Notes: a model not told the origin generated them from the sequence alone. Shown: positions 39,553 through 53,026, counted from the stretch's first letter. The stretch is DNA of 64,000 bases from Octopus bimaculoides (GCF_001194135.2 NC_068983.1:30731253-30795252), one strand, 5' to 3'. Made by a program: numbers and translations.

Positions 39553-40439
39553 TGTTGAAATGGTACTTATTTTATCAACCCCCAAAGAGAGTAAAAGACA
39601 AAGTTGTCCTTGGTAAGATTTGAACTCAGAACATAATACAAATACTTCCTGTACATCCAACTTCAGTACTAATTGATATTGTTGAATCCAAAGTCAGCTT
39701 TGATTAAACAAATCTATGATCAGAGATGTTCCAGGCATGACAAGCTTGTCTTTTATCCAATTTACTTTCAATTTTGAAGATATAAAAATTTGAGTGGAGA
39801 GAAATTCAGCTGCTATTTCTAGCAGTCTCAGTGACCATATAAACACTCCTTTGTCAGCTCCATCCAACACTAATTAAAATCACCAAGGTAACAAGAACCA
39901 TCAACTACTAACTACTTCTGAGCAGTGTTTATAGACATCAAATAGTAGATAAAAAAAACATTAAAAATGTTTTCAATGTGTAACAGGACTGAAATATAAT
40001 ATTTTAAAACAAATAAGCTAAAATTTCTCAGTGAAAAAAAAAAAGTCTTGAGTTATATAGAGCCATTATAACATTAGAAACATCATCATTTTAACAACTG
40101 CTTCTTTTTTTTTATACTGGTATGAGATGAAAAGATTTTCCATAGAGTATACCATTAATCTTCTCGGTTTTTGTCATCATCTCTGCAGTAAGGCCAAGCT
40201 TCATAAAATCTGACCTCAGCCTGTTCTCCCTGCTTTAATTATTCCTCACATTTTATCATCTTACTGGTGGCACACAAGCTGATNNNNNNNNNNNNNGGTC
40301 TTGTGCTATGCAGTTGCTTGACCTACCAGAAAAAGCAGTAAAATTTCATATCACACCTTATATTAAAACAAAAAAGGGCCTATCTAATGCATGTCAGCAT
40401 GGAATACAGATGCTAAATGATGATGACGATGATAATGAT

Positions 40440-40471
<32 letters not shown>

Positions 40472-41117
40472 AACAATATATGAGTATATGCATATATATG
40501 TACGTGTATGTATATACGTTCATCTACATGTACATATAGATACATAACTGGGTACATGACGTGGCAAAAGAACATGGACAAAATGGTAAACAAAGTGCAA
40601 CAAACAAGCAGACCACATAGAAACATCCCCTTCATCAGCTGCCACCATTAAAACTCCGGCGTTTCGAAGAATTAAGGCAGTACGCATCGTTAAAATGGTT
40701 CTTCCCACGAACACAAATTAAATTGTTTTCGTGGAGGGTAGTGGCNNNNNNNNNNNNNNNNNNNNNNNNNNNNNNNNNNNNNNNNNNNNNNNNNNNNNNN
40801 NNNNNNNNNNNNNNNNNNNNNNNNNNNNNNNNNNNNNNNNNNNNNNNNNNNNNNNNNNNNNNNNNNNNNNNNNNNNNNNNNNNNNNNNNNNNNNNNNNNN
40901 NNNNNNNNNNNNNNNNNNNNNNNNNNNNNNNNNNNNNNNNNNNNNNNNNNNNNNNNNNNNNNNNNNNNNNNNNNNNNNNNNNNNNNNNNNNNNNNNNNNN
41001 NNNNNNNNNNNNNNNNNNNNNNNNNNNNNNNNNNNNNNNNNNNNNNNNNNNNNNNNNNNNNNNNNNNNNNNNNNNNNNNNNNNNNNNNNNNNNNNNNNNN
41101 NNNNNNNNNNNNNNNNN

Positions 41118-41182
<65 letters not shown>

Positions 41183-41242
41183 ATACATATATACACATAC
41201 ACACACACACACACACATACATATATGCATATATATATATAT

Positions 41243-41580
41243 ATAGGCACAGGCATGGCTGTATGGTAAGGAGTTTACTTCTCAACCACATGGTTCCAAG
41301 TTCAGTCCTACCATGTGGCACCTTGGACCAACCAAAGCCTTGTGTGTAGATTTGGAAGACAGGAACTGAAAGACCCTTGTAGTGTGTGTGTGCGCACGTA
41401 TGTGTGCGTGTGTATTGTGTTGTGTGTGTATGTGTGTCATTGTGTCTGTGTTTCTCCCCACTATCTCCACCACCAATAAATACCACTTGACAAATATTGT
41501 TGGTTTGTTTACATCCCCATAACTTAGCAGTTCAGCAAAATAGATCAATAGAATAAGTACCAGGCTTAAAAAGAAAACGT
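41243..41580 (+). mobile_element. SINE family B, diverged
   Basis: Head, CORE-like block, (TG)n centre, gaataagtacca block. Confidence 0.75.
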
Positions 41581-41968
41581 AAGTACAGAGGTTGTGTTTC
41601 TTCTCTCATTCAATTTTTAATTTGTTACATGTGGTTTGTTCCTGATGACTATGCTTGAGGTATTTCTCAACACATGAAACTATTAGTAGTACATAAAAAC
41701 AGGTATTGTGTCAATTAAATAATATTTATCTCTCACCAAATGGAGTACTTTTTTGTTGACCTTATCACCATCTTGGAGCCTGGTGCAGCCATCTGGTTCA
41801 CTAATCCTCAGTCAAATCATCCAACCCATGCTAGCATGGAAGGCAGACATTAAATGATGACGACGACGACGACGACGACGATGATGATGATGATGATGAT
41901 ATCGTTTTTATAAAAACAAATCTGGAGAAGAAACACACTCTAAAAAGCAGAGCAGTAATATTTTTTTG

Positions 41969-42122
41969 CTGGTGAAGGCCAGTTTATGAGGTTACCCTGG
42001 GTTTCCCATCCATAAAGGGCTTAACCCCACGGTGCCTCGTCAGACCCCAAGACCTACACCGTGGGGTTAAGCCCTATATTGACGGGAAACCCAGAATAAT
42101 GCCATAAACTGGCCTTCACCAG
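41969..42122. repeat. 154-nt GC-rich foldback (MITE-like)
   Basis: 66-nt ungapped arms 41969-42034 and 42057-42122, 58/66 complementary, 22-nt loop. Confidence 0.95.
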
Positions 42123-42167
<45 letters not shown>

Positions 42168-43426
42168 NNNNNNNNNNNNNNNNNNNNNNNNNNNNNNNNN
42201 NNNNNNNNNNNNNNNNNNNNNNNNNNNNNNNNNNNNNNNNNNNNNNNNNNNNNNNNNNNNNNNNNNNNNNNNNNNNNNNNNNNNNNNNNNNNNNNNNNNN
42301 NNNNNNNNNNNNNNNNNNNNNNNNNNNNNNNNNNNNNNNNNNNNNNNNNNNNNNNNNNNNNNNNNNNNNNNNNNNNNNNNNNNNNNNNNNNNNNNNNNNN
42401 NNNNNNNNNNNNNNNNNNNNNNNNNNNNNNNNNNNNNNNNNNNNNNNNNNNNNNNNNNNNNNNNNNNNNNNNNNNNNNNNNNNNNNNNNNNNNNNNNNNN
42501 NNNNNNNNNNNNNNNNNNNNNNNNNNNNNNNNNNNNNNNNNNNNNNNNNNNATATATATATATATATATTTGAAGGTTTGGAAGTGATGTACAGAAATTA
42601 TATAGAAAACAATTTTAATTAAGGTACTCAGAAACCTGGATGTTTGTACATTTACAGATTTTTATTAATGTCACATATTAAATGAAGCGCTTTTCACCTA
42701 GTCGTGTAGGTTTTTCACACATATGACTGAATCAAGTCTCAGTAAATTGCTGGTATTGATGCTGGAGAGATGAAAGGCCAAATCAGTTTTCATGGAATTT
42801 AAACTCAGAACATAAAGAGATGCATCTAAATATTGAATGACTTTTTCTCTTTTTCTCTGTTGATGTATTGCTCAAACATCCACCATCCTCTAGACCTAAA
42901 ATAATAACACTGGTGGTGGTAATTAGCTCATAATAATTTTTATCTATTAAAAATATAATAATGATCCTTCTTGATATGTATGTGTAAGCAAATGAGTATG
43001 TATATGAGTGTGTATACATGCATATATACATTCATGATGGTTAATTTATAGATACACTGTAAGCAACTACACAAAAAATCCCCTGACAAAAATAAAGGCT
43101 TCATCTTAATTATTTACCAGCATAAATCTGAACACTCATTGCTATCAACTATGTATGACTCTTACTTGACATTAAAATCCTATTAAAATTATATCACACA
43201 GCACCCCCAGAAAATCTGTTTTTATGCTTCCTAGTGTATACAAGAAGATTGAATCTTCATTGGCTTCTCCTCCTCCTTCACCTCCCCCTTTCTTTGGCAG
43301 TCTTTAATTAGCTGATGTGCTAAACAACATAAAGAAACATAGACCATACACACATTCCAGATATCTATGTAGAGTTAAATACTTTTTCATGTGAAACCCA
43401 GACTTCTTTCAGAAAGTCACACTTAA

Positions 43427-43651
43427 CCCTTTTGTTACCATATTTCTGTTGAAATATACTACCTTTGTTGCAATTACTTTTGAAAAGAATATTAAAAAAT
43501 TTAGTAAAATGACTTTGTCATTATTAAACTGGTATTTGGAACATAAATTAAGATGAAATGTTGTTTGAAGTTTATAATTTACATCACTTTAAGACAGGAA
43601 ATCTGTATCATAGAAATAGGAGTGACCTCAGGTAGAACAGTATTAAAAGAG
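43427..43651 (+). mobile_element. piggyBac-like MITE, second family
   Basis: TTAA on both sides (43423-26, 43652-55); TIR ccctttt gttac vs ctctttt aatac; partial relatives near 34245 and 51850. Confidence 0.7.
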
Positions 43652-43666
43652 TTAATATCAGCCCTC

Positions 43667-43705
<39 letters not shown>

Positions 43706-43792
43706 NNNNNNNNNNNNNNNNNNNNNNNNNNNNAAAACTCAATTAAAATAAATTTATAAAAAATTAAAATTAAATTGAGCTTTATAGATAAA

Positions 43793-43965
43793 ATATATAT
43801 AAAATATATAGTTTTAGGGAAAATAACCAAGTTTCAAGAACTCATCATATTATACTCATTTATTGTGCTTTTAATTATTAATTTTTCTATATGTGATAGT
43901 GGATTTTCATCGATGAGTTCTTGAAACTTGGTTATTTTCACTAAAACTATATATTTTATATATAT
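43793..43965. repeat. AT-rich inverted repeat with ~54-bp arms in a TA context (MITE-like)
   Basis: …tagttttagggaaaataaccaagtttcaagaactcatc / gatgagttcttgaaacttggttattttcactaaaacta…, one mismatch. Confidence 0.9.
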
Positions 43966-44607
43966 ATATATATATATGTATGTATATATATATATACGCA
44001 CACACATTAGCGAATCACTAAATTATCCAATAATTTGGATGATGAAAACATAAAAGCATAAACTGCAAAGCAGGTCCAGAAAAAGCTGAACAGTTGAGTG
44101 GGCTTAACTGATGAGGCAGCAGAAACTTCTGATACTGACATCAGTATTAAGAATTCTTGATCAGCATTTTTCAAACAATTATGGTTCCTGTTAGTGTATA
44201 TGTTTTCATTCATGTGTGTTAACTATAGCATAAGAACACTTTAGCTTTTATTTCTAGCAATGTAGGCGTTTCCTAAAACCCTAGTGACATTTATGGACAA
44301 TTATTATTCTCCTTTTTGGTGTAACATTGCTAACTGCTGTTAATATTAATTTATATANNNNNNNNNNNNNNNNNNNNNNNNNNNNNNNNNNNNNNNNNNN
44401 NNNNNNNNNNNNNNNNNNNNNNNNNNNNNNNNNNNNNNNNNNNNNNNNNNNNNNNNNNNNNNNNNNNNNNNNNNNNNNNNNNNNNNNNNNNNNNNNNNNN
44501 NNNNNNNNNNNNNNNNNNNNNNNNNNNNNNNNNNNNNNNNNNNNNNNNNNNNNNNNNNNNNNNNNNNNNNNNNNNNNNNNNNNNNNNNNNNNNNTATATA
44601 TATATAT

Positions 44608-44830
44608 ATGGCGTGGCCGTTGCCAGTACCGCCTGACTGGCCTTCATGCCAGTGGCACGTAAAAGCACCCACTACACTCTCTGAGTGGTTGGCATTAGGA
44701 AGGGCATCCAGCTGTAGAAGCTCTGCCAAATCAGATTGGAGCCTGGTGTAGCCATCTGGTTCACCAGTCCTCAGTCAAATCGTCCAACCCATGCTAGCAT
44801 GGAAAGCGGACGTTAAATGATGATGATGAT
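44608..44830 (+). mobile_element. RTE-LINE 3' UTR fragment
   Basis: Matches 5490-5710. Confidence 0.88.
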
Positions 44831-46209
44831 ATATGATAGACTACTTTCAGTTTCCATCTAGCAAGTCCACTCAGAACACTTTTGTTGGGCTTTAGTAGAG
44901 GACACCTGCACAAGGTGTCACACAATGGCGCTGAACTGAAAACAACCTGGCCAAGAAGCAAAATTCCTAATTTTACTGTCACACCTGCAAGTAGTCACGT
45001 CTACAACTAGATATACAGTCTGAAAAAAGAAAAAAAAGCAGGCTTGTCATAGCTGAAATATCTTTGATAATAAATCTCATTATACTGGCTGACATAGGTA
45101 TCAATAAATGGTTTTGTTTATAATCTGTGATATCATTGCTCAATTTCACTATGATATCACATGTGGAGGTATGTGGCCTAGTGGTTAGGGTGTTGCACTC
45201 ATGATCATGAGATTGTGGTTTTGATTCCTGGACAGGGTAGTACATTCTGTTCTTGAGTAAAGCACCTCATTTCACATTGCTGGCAAAAATGAGCTATCCT
45301 CCAAGGACTGGCATCCCATCCATGATGGGAAATATATATATATAGTGCAGAATCTGGGAAACAGGTCTTATGAGCCTATGATTCACATAATACTACACCT
45401 CTTTTATTTTTATCCTACTTTTATGAGCCAAAATGAAAGGATTCGTGGGTCTCTCAAACAACTAGAAATAGCAGACGAATTACCCTTGAAGAAAATCCAG
45501 CAGTTTTATAAAAAAAAAAAAAAAACAGCACTTCTGAATACAATGGATTATGAAGTCTGATGTATGAAGAACAAATTATGCAATGAGCTTGACAGGAACA
45601 TTTTCAGTTATAAACCTGTGAATGTTATTTTCCCCCTCTTACAAAGCCATGGAAATAAAAACCTCATTCTTATTAAATATAGTGTTAGCCATGAGTTATA
45701 AACAATCACGTCCTTTTATACCTCTTTAAGACTCCCCCCCTCTCTCTCCTCATATAAATCATTATTGTGGCTTTTGCTCATAACCTTTACAACCTTTTAC
45801 TTTTGCTTTTAACCCTTTGCAAGCCTTGACCAAAGTAATGTTGTTCGTCTTTGACATGAATAAAACCTTTTAGCCTCGCATGAATATTTTCTGGCAAATT
45901 GTCTAGATAAAGCATTTACCGAGCCAACAAAATCTCTCGGTATGCTAGAAATATTAGTTAAATTCCTTCAAATAACACCCCACAATCTTAAAAAATGATA
46001 GACCACATTAGATAGTGTTGTTCAAGATAATCTTAAAAGGACATGATGAACAAAGCTGAAATACTTTTGATTTTTGATCTGTTCTCTCAAGATTTAACAG
46101 GAGATTAAAACAACAACAGATCATCCCTAAAAACACACTGGACTAACTTAGACCTCTTTTAATAATTAATACTATCCTCTAGTCTATTTAACCTGAGAAA
46201 GTATCCAGA

Positions 46210-47040
46210 CAAACAGAAGAAATGCCAGAAATGTTTAGAGGAGATATGAATATCAGCAACTTTAGATATGCAGGAGATACTGCCTCATTAACTTTCAACA
46301 AAGATGACCTGCAGAACCTTGCAACTACAGTACAGGACAAAGGAATGCTTTGTGAGATGAAAATGAATGTAAAGAAAAGTAAATCAGTGGTAATCAGTAA
46401 GAAACAAAGAAAGCTACTAAAAATACATATTACAATTGAAGGAAAGCCAGATGAACAGATACAACAAAGAACAATATATCTGGGATACATTGAGAAAATA
46501 GGAAATGTGGAATAGATATCAAAAGAAAGATTGAAATAGTTTGAAAATCATTTGGGAAAAAATGTTCAACATATTAGCATCAAGAAATATTAATACTGAA
46601 TACAGAAAAAACATTCTTAAAATGTTATGTATGATCCATTCTATCATATGGAGCTGGAAATGGACATTAACAAAAGCATTAACTAATAGATTAGAAGCCT
46701 TTGAGACGTGGACTTATCGAAGAATATTGAGAATATCATGGACAGAACATATAATGAATGATGATGTATAAAGAATGGTAAAAACTGAGAAAATCTTATG
46801 AGACACCATCAAAAAGAGAAAACTAAAATATTTTGGACATTTACTTTGAAAAAATAGTTTACACTGCTAATAGAAGGAAAATGAAAAAGTAAAGAGGAAC
46901 ACCAAGAATTATGTTAAAAAAAAACACAGAGCAAACTTAGAATATAGTAGATGGATAATGACAGCACAAGAAAGACCAAGATTGCAATCCATGATATTCA
47001 AACAGCTATGAGTGGCAGATATCTAATGAAAATGACAGTT
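46210..47040 (+). mobile_element. Decayed RTE/BovB-like LINE RT fragment
   Basis: NISNFRYAGDTA (YADD motif mutated), KMNVKKSK, NRLEAFETWTYRRILRISWTEHIMNDDV, kyfghl-like remnant; many stops and frameshifts. Confidence 0.9.
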
Positions 47041-47119
47041 AACCTTGATTTAATTCAAATTTTGGTCTGAGGCACTAAATTCAGTAATACTAGGCAGAAG
47101 GTATAGTCATCTTTCTCTT

Positions 47120-47320
47120 CTTTGCTCTATGCCACATTGCTCATGGACATTAATTCCAATTCAAGAGCACAGCATGTCTTTCATTGGAGTTTTCATGGCT
47201 GCAGTCTTGGACCAGCTGCAGGGTTTGCCAGCCCATGTAAAGGATGTTTTTAGGAGACTCCATTGGATGGCCATTGGCTCACATTGAGCCCATCATTCCT
47301 TTGCTTTTTGTCCAGTAGAG
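47120..47320 (-). mobile_element. Possible very old LINE 3' ORF remnant
   Basis: Minus strand MESPKNILYMG…GPRLQ weakly resembles RM…PKQILYGEL…GRPRLR. Confidence 0.3.
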
Positions 47321-48815
47321 TGTCTACAACACCTTTATCACCTGTCAGGCCAGGTGGGAAAGCTGGTTTAATTACCAACCACCCAAACATGGCAAAGGTA
47401 TAGACATGGCTGTATGGTTAAGTTGTTTGCTCTATAGCCATTTTGCCTTTGGTCCAGTTGTACTGCATACACATATATGCACACAAATAGATATGTCCTA
47501 AAGAGACATATTCACATGAAGTAGAAGCGCAGGTGCATGCATCTATATATAGGCACACACTAAGTCAACCACATTTTCCACATATTTACAAACACTGGGA
47601 ACTGTCTTAGCTCAAAATGTCATGTCACTTTCTTAGCAACTGACTTGAACTTCATGAAGAACTTAAATAAATCTTTAAGAAAGCACACACACACACACAC
47701 ACACATTCACTCACACATACATACATATGTGTGCATGTGTGTTTGCATGAAAGTTGCCATTTCTGTGACTCATATGAGACCGGCTAAGTGAAAAACTGCC
47801 ATTATGTTTACATTCTTGGTGAATATTGCATCCTACAACTCTATGTCCTGAAAGTAGAGGAGGAAAAAAAACCCATTTCTTGTAATACAGGAAAGGCTTA
47901 GCAGCAAAAAGAGTAACTGGTAGCAAGAATAGTGCCTTAAATAAGTACCTATCTAACACATCCCAGCTTAGAAAAAGATATGTAAAACCAATAAATTAAG
48001 AATGGCCTCTTGACTTCTTTTATAGTTATTAGAGTACAAGATGCAGCATCTGTGGTCATTGCACTGTTTTTGAGATTGGCTCTGTTAATGCAATGGAATA
48101 TCTGCAGGTTGGTGTCTATGAAGGAGGAGTTCCAGAAGATAAGTCTTGCAAGGGTGAAAGAACATGGTTAAATATTTAATGTTAGCTTATAGCAATCACC
48201 ATGCAATAACCAAGGAAAATTAGACTGTTTTCCTCAGTCATTGCACAATGATCGCTATAAGCTTTAAACTTATATAAATACCATTATTATTATTTACAGG
48301 ATTGTAAAACTAAGCACTGTATAACAAAACCATTCGCATTTAATGTTAGGTTTAAAAACAGATTAGATTTACAAGAGGACTGATAAACAATAAAGGGGAC
48401 AACTAGAGAAGGGAGCAGGCGTTTCAAGTGGGCTTAGATGTAGGTACTAAGTAACCTAATAGCTTAAAGTAAAGGCTCTTAGCATGAGTTGTACCACCCC
48501 ACTGGTCTAAGGGAGTGTTAGGCTTCAGGAGGCAGTGAGATGGTTGGTGAGGTAACATAATTAATATACTAAATTTTACCTAGAGTAGTAATTATATTAT
48601 ACATGATAAAAGTAGTAATAGTTATTAAGATAAAATGAGAAATAAGTAGTGTACTACTATTTCAAGCAGATCAAGCAATTGTACAGAATCTACTCAATTG
48701 TTTGACCTGATAAAAAAAATTTAACAAGATCTCATTAAGTCCAGGGAAGCCATTAACTTGTGTCATATAAAGTAAATTTGCTACTTTTGTTTTTATTCAT
48801 TTTTTATCACTTTAA

Positions 48816-49042
48816 CCATTTAGCGTTTAAACTAATCATATCTGGCCCAAATATTCTACTTGTATTATATTCAAATTGACCAGATCTCTCACATGTATTC
48901 TCACATGTATTCTGCAATATCATTCTAAAAATAAACAACCACATTGACAAAATTTCAAAGCTACATGATAATGCATGAGTAATTTCAAATGATGTGAATA
49001 TACAAGCATTACATTTGACAGAGTAATCTGTATGCTGAGGGG
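48816..49042 (+). mobile_element. piggyBac-like MITE
   Basis: TTAA at 48812-15 and 49043-46; imperfect TIR ccatttagc / gctgagggg. Confidence 0.75.
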
Positions 49043-49190
49043 TTAAAACTTATGCAATCCATTTTCTGAGTAAAATTTATAAATTATTATCCATGTTAAA
49101 TTAGTTGTGTAATGATACATCACTCACCACTCTAGGTGGGCTCTAGGCATAACAGCTTCCTAAAAAGGGATACAACAAAAAAAAAGTTAA

Positions 49191-49640
49191 GGAGTGGCTG
49201 TGTGGTAAGTAGCTTGCTTACTAACCACATGGTTCTGGGTTCAGTCCCACTGCATGGCACCTTGGGCAAGTGTCTTCTACTATAGCCTTGAGCCGACCAA
49301 AGTNNNNNNNNNNTGGGCAAGTGTCTTCTACTATAGCCTTGAGCCGACCAAAGTCTTGTGAGTGGATTTGGTAGGCGGAAACTGAAAGAAGCCCGTCGTA
49401 TATATGTATATATAATATATATATGTGTGTGTGTGTGTGTGTTTGTCCTTCCACCATCACTTGACAACCGATTCTGGTGTGTTTACATCCTCGTAACTTA
49501 GCGGTTCAGCAAAAAGAGACCGATAGAATAAGTACTAGGCTTACAAAGAATAAGTCCTGGGGGTCGATTTTCTTGACTAAAGGCGGTGCTCCAGTATGGC
49601 TGCAGTCAAATGACTGAAACAAGTAAAAGGGTAAAAGAGT
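49191..49640 (+). mobile_element. SINE family B, young
   Basis: High identity to 23892-24311; a 41-bp duplication across the 10-N gap is artefactual. Confidence 0.9.
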
Positions 49641-52600
49641 AACCACTAGCTTAGAGGAACCGAAGCTGTTTTATTAGAGGTAGAAGAAACTGCTCATCTG
49701 TAATAAGCTTGTTGTAGTATGTTGTTGAGTGAGACTTAACTGCAAATAAAGCTTAATGATATTTTTTAAGAAGTGTAAGACTTATGTGTTGAAGTTTAAC
49801 AGTAGTAATACTCTCCCAGATATGTAAACATTTTCTACACCACATCATGTTAGAACCAAATGGAAATCAACTGAAGTTTCACTTTTGCTTCTCTGTTTGT
49901 TTTCTTTCATTTTTTTAGTTTTGTTTGTTAATTTTTCCCCCTCTCTTGTAACTAACTATGTTACTATAATTGCAGCAAAAATTGGAATGTTTCCTCATTT
50001 GCCCAAAGTGATGAAAACCTTGCTCTCTAAGGCATTCCAGGAACTTTTACATTTACACCAAATCAACAACACTCAATCATTTTTCTATTAGTAAAAAATG
50101 GCTTTGAACTTTGAAAATATTTCCTGACAGTTATTAACCAATGAAAGGTAGTAGAAGCTCATTTTACAGCTTTACAGCTGCTTTGAAAGTCTGTGGTGTT
50201 GAAACAGCTTATAACAAGCATAATTTCAATTTCAGTCATACGTTTAGAGTCACTACTATATCAGTAGATGAGCCACCAGTATACTAACACAACAAGTACC
50301 TACCACACTACCACCATAAGTACTATTGTACTACTACTTCTACCACTAACCACACATAGTATCATCACTACTACATGTACACAACTGCAGACACTATGAT
50401 AACCATCATAGTTACAAATGCACGAGTGTAGCTATAACTGCTTTGATCTACCACGTCCATCATCACAATTACAACTACCTCCACATCATACTGCAACCAC
50501 CACCACATCACATTAGTCATCCTAATACTACCAACACGACACAACTACTGTGGTAACTACCCTCACGTCACTACATTCACTACCACATCCACTACTACAC
50601 CAAATGGGCCAAAGACAAAACCTCTACATATCTACTTAATCTGCAAGTAATAGTAATTAAATCACAGATCACGTTATCGTTTTAAAGAAAGGACATATTG
50701 AGTAATGTTGTTCTGAGTTCTCTAAAATTAGGGGAAAAGATGGGATGACTATGTGTTATGTCTCAAGCTACTGCTATCCATCACCTTCGGATGATCTCTA
50801 CTCAACCACTACGCAACTGTTACTCGACTGCTACTCAACACTCCTACCACAGCCAGACTACCTCTATTTATGTGTCTTGGGAGATCCTACTTCTTCGCCT
50901 GGGGGCGTCTACACAACACTATGACTGGAGAGCTTTTGATCATAGGTCTGCTCTATTGGGGAAGACTTAGAGCTAAACAACAAGACTATCAGAGCTACCA
51001 TCACATCCACCAACACACTATCAATACTACAATCATTTGCTACAGCTTCATTAAGTATCAATTTCAATATTTTACATGGCAGTAGTGGTTGGCTTTGGTG
51101 GGATTTGAACTTGTAACCATAAAGTGCCAGAACAAATTCCACAAGGCATTTTGTCTAATGGTCTAAGGATTCTGCCAATCCACTCTATCATCATCATCAT
51201 TTAATGTCTGTTTTCCTCGCTGGTATGGGTTGGACAACTTGACAGGAGCTGGCAAATCAGAGGACTGCATCAAGTTCCATTGTCTGCTTTGGTACAGTTT
51301 CTACATGGTTCCTAACACAAACCATTTTACAGGTTGGACTGGGTGCTTTTTATGTGGCACCAGCACCCCTGTGCTTTTCCTGTGGCACTGACATTATATA
51401 TGTGTATGTGTGTATGAAAATAATGTATGTGTGTGTGTGTGTGATAATAATTGGGTCTGATTTAGGTAATTTTAGAAAAAAAGGTTAGCCAATTTAATCG
51501 TTCTTGCTATTTAACTGTCGGTTATCAACCCTGGAGGGATGAATGGCAAAATTAGGGTAGAATTTAAACACAAAACTTAGAATTTAAACTCAGAATGTAA
51601 AGTGCCAGAAAAAATAATGCAAAGTATTTTCTCTGATGTCCTACCAAAAGTATATATTACTGTGGCTGTGCTTAGTAGATTTGAATTCATGATCATGCAA
51701 TGAATAAGTTGACTTGTTATCAGCACAACAAATGAGATAAATATTTTCAGCAAGAGAATAATGAATGGGTAACACTCAAGTATTACCAATGAGGAAGCCT
51801 CTATACAAATAGTAGCCAAATCTCACTCAAATCACAGTTTATTGATTTAACCCTTTTGTTATATTTCTTTGTTGCATTTAAATTTTAAAATAAAGACGAA
51901 TTTTAAGCTGGTTTTTGGAACATAAATTAGCATGAAATTTTCAGGGTCAATAAAATAAATATGAACTGAGCACTGGGGTTAATTTAGTCATCTCAAACAC
52001 CACCTTTTAAAAATTGCTGGCCTTGTGCCAAAATTTGAAACCATTATTGATATCATTCTTCATATTTTTGCCTTTGAGACAAGAAAGAGAGGAAGTACCA
52101 GACTAAATGCCGTTTGGTATTTAGTTTTATGCCAATCCATATCCCATAACCAGCAAGAGTCAATAAAATAAAAGTTAGTCTTGTTGTGGAGTTAATTCAG
52201 CTGTCTTTACTCCCACGACTGCAAACTCATGGCCTTCTGCAAGTGTAATAAACTACTGTTACTCTTGCTTTCAGCATTGCTTGGTTAGTGTAGCAGTTTT
52301 ATGGACCAAGTGTCTTTCAAGTATCCTTTGTCTTATCATGTGACATCAAGTGGTTGAATTTTCAGTCTATCACAACCAACACACACACACATATATGTAT
52401 ATATATGCATGTGTGTATTTGTATATACACACACACATACATGTATACTGACATATATGTATTATACATTTACTTACATAGAAACACATACACAGATATA
52501 CAGATACATACACACACTTATATGTATATCAGATATATTGCTGTCAGCACAATTCAGTGAAATGTCGCTACCTGAACTTAAGCATTATTACGCAGGTGGT

Positions 52601-52960
52601 TTTGTTTTCCAAAGTGTCCAGAAAGATTTGAGGAAGATCATTGACGCAGAGAATAAGAGAAGTGGGGCTAGTAACAGATCTCTAAAAAGTATTTGGGTTG
52701 AGGAATCTGGGAATTAGAGCAGCAAACAACAAGCTATGATATGGTTGATATAAAACAAATGGATGTTTGTTATAGTATAGCTATAAGAAAGGTTGACTCA
52801 TTGTTTAACAGTAAGCTTGCTGTGATCAAGTTAGACCTTTGCTAAAAAGTATTCCAGCTATGGCAATCATACCATTTTTTTTTTACAAGTATAGTTTATT
52901 CTATACTGTTCTATTCAGTGTTATGTTCCTTTTCTGAGATGGTATCTTGTAATTTAAGAG

Positions 52961-53026
52961 CATCATTATTATTGTCATCATTATTATTGTCATCATTGTT
53001 ATTGTCATCATTGTTATTGTCATCAT
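52961..53026 (+). repeat. 15-bp tandem repeat (catcatt(a/g)ttattgt) x4.4
   Basis: Read directly. Confidence 0.9.

Noticed and set aside
44108-44126. CTGATGA…GAAAC hammerhead
   Set aside because: Only 7 nt between the boxes; no feasible stem II.
47180-47200. miR-71-like tgaaagacatg on the minus strand
   Set aside because: Match stops after 11 nt and there is no precursor hairpin.
48030-48160. Exon-like segment with several open frames
   Set aside because: Frames are open on both strands and no reading is preferred; cannot be supported without expression data.
49263-49354. 41-bp tandem duplication in a family B SINE
   Set aside because: Identical copies flank a 10-N gap: artefact.
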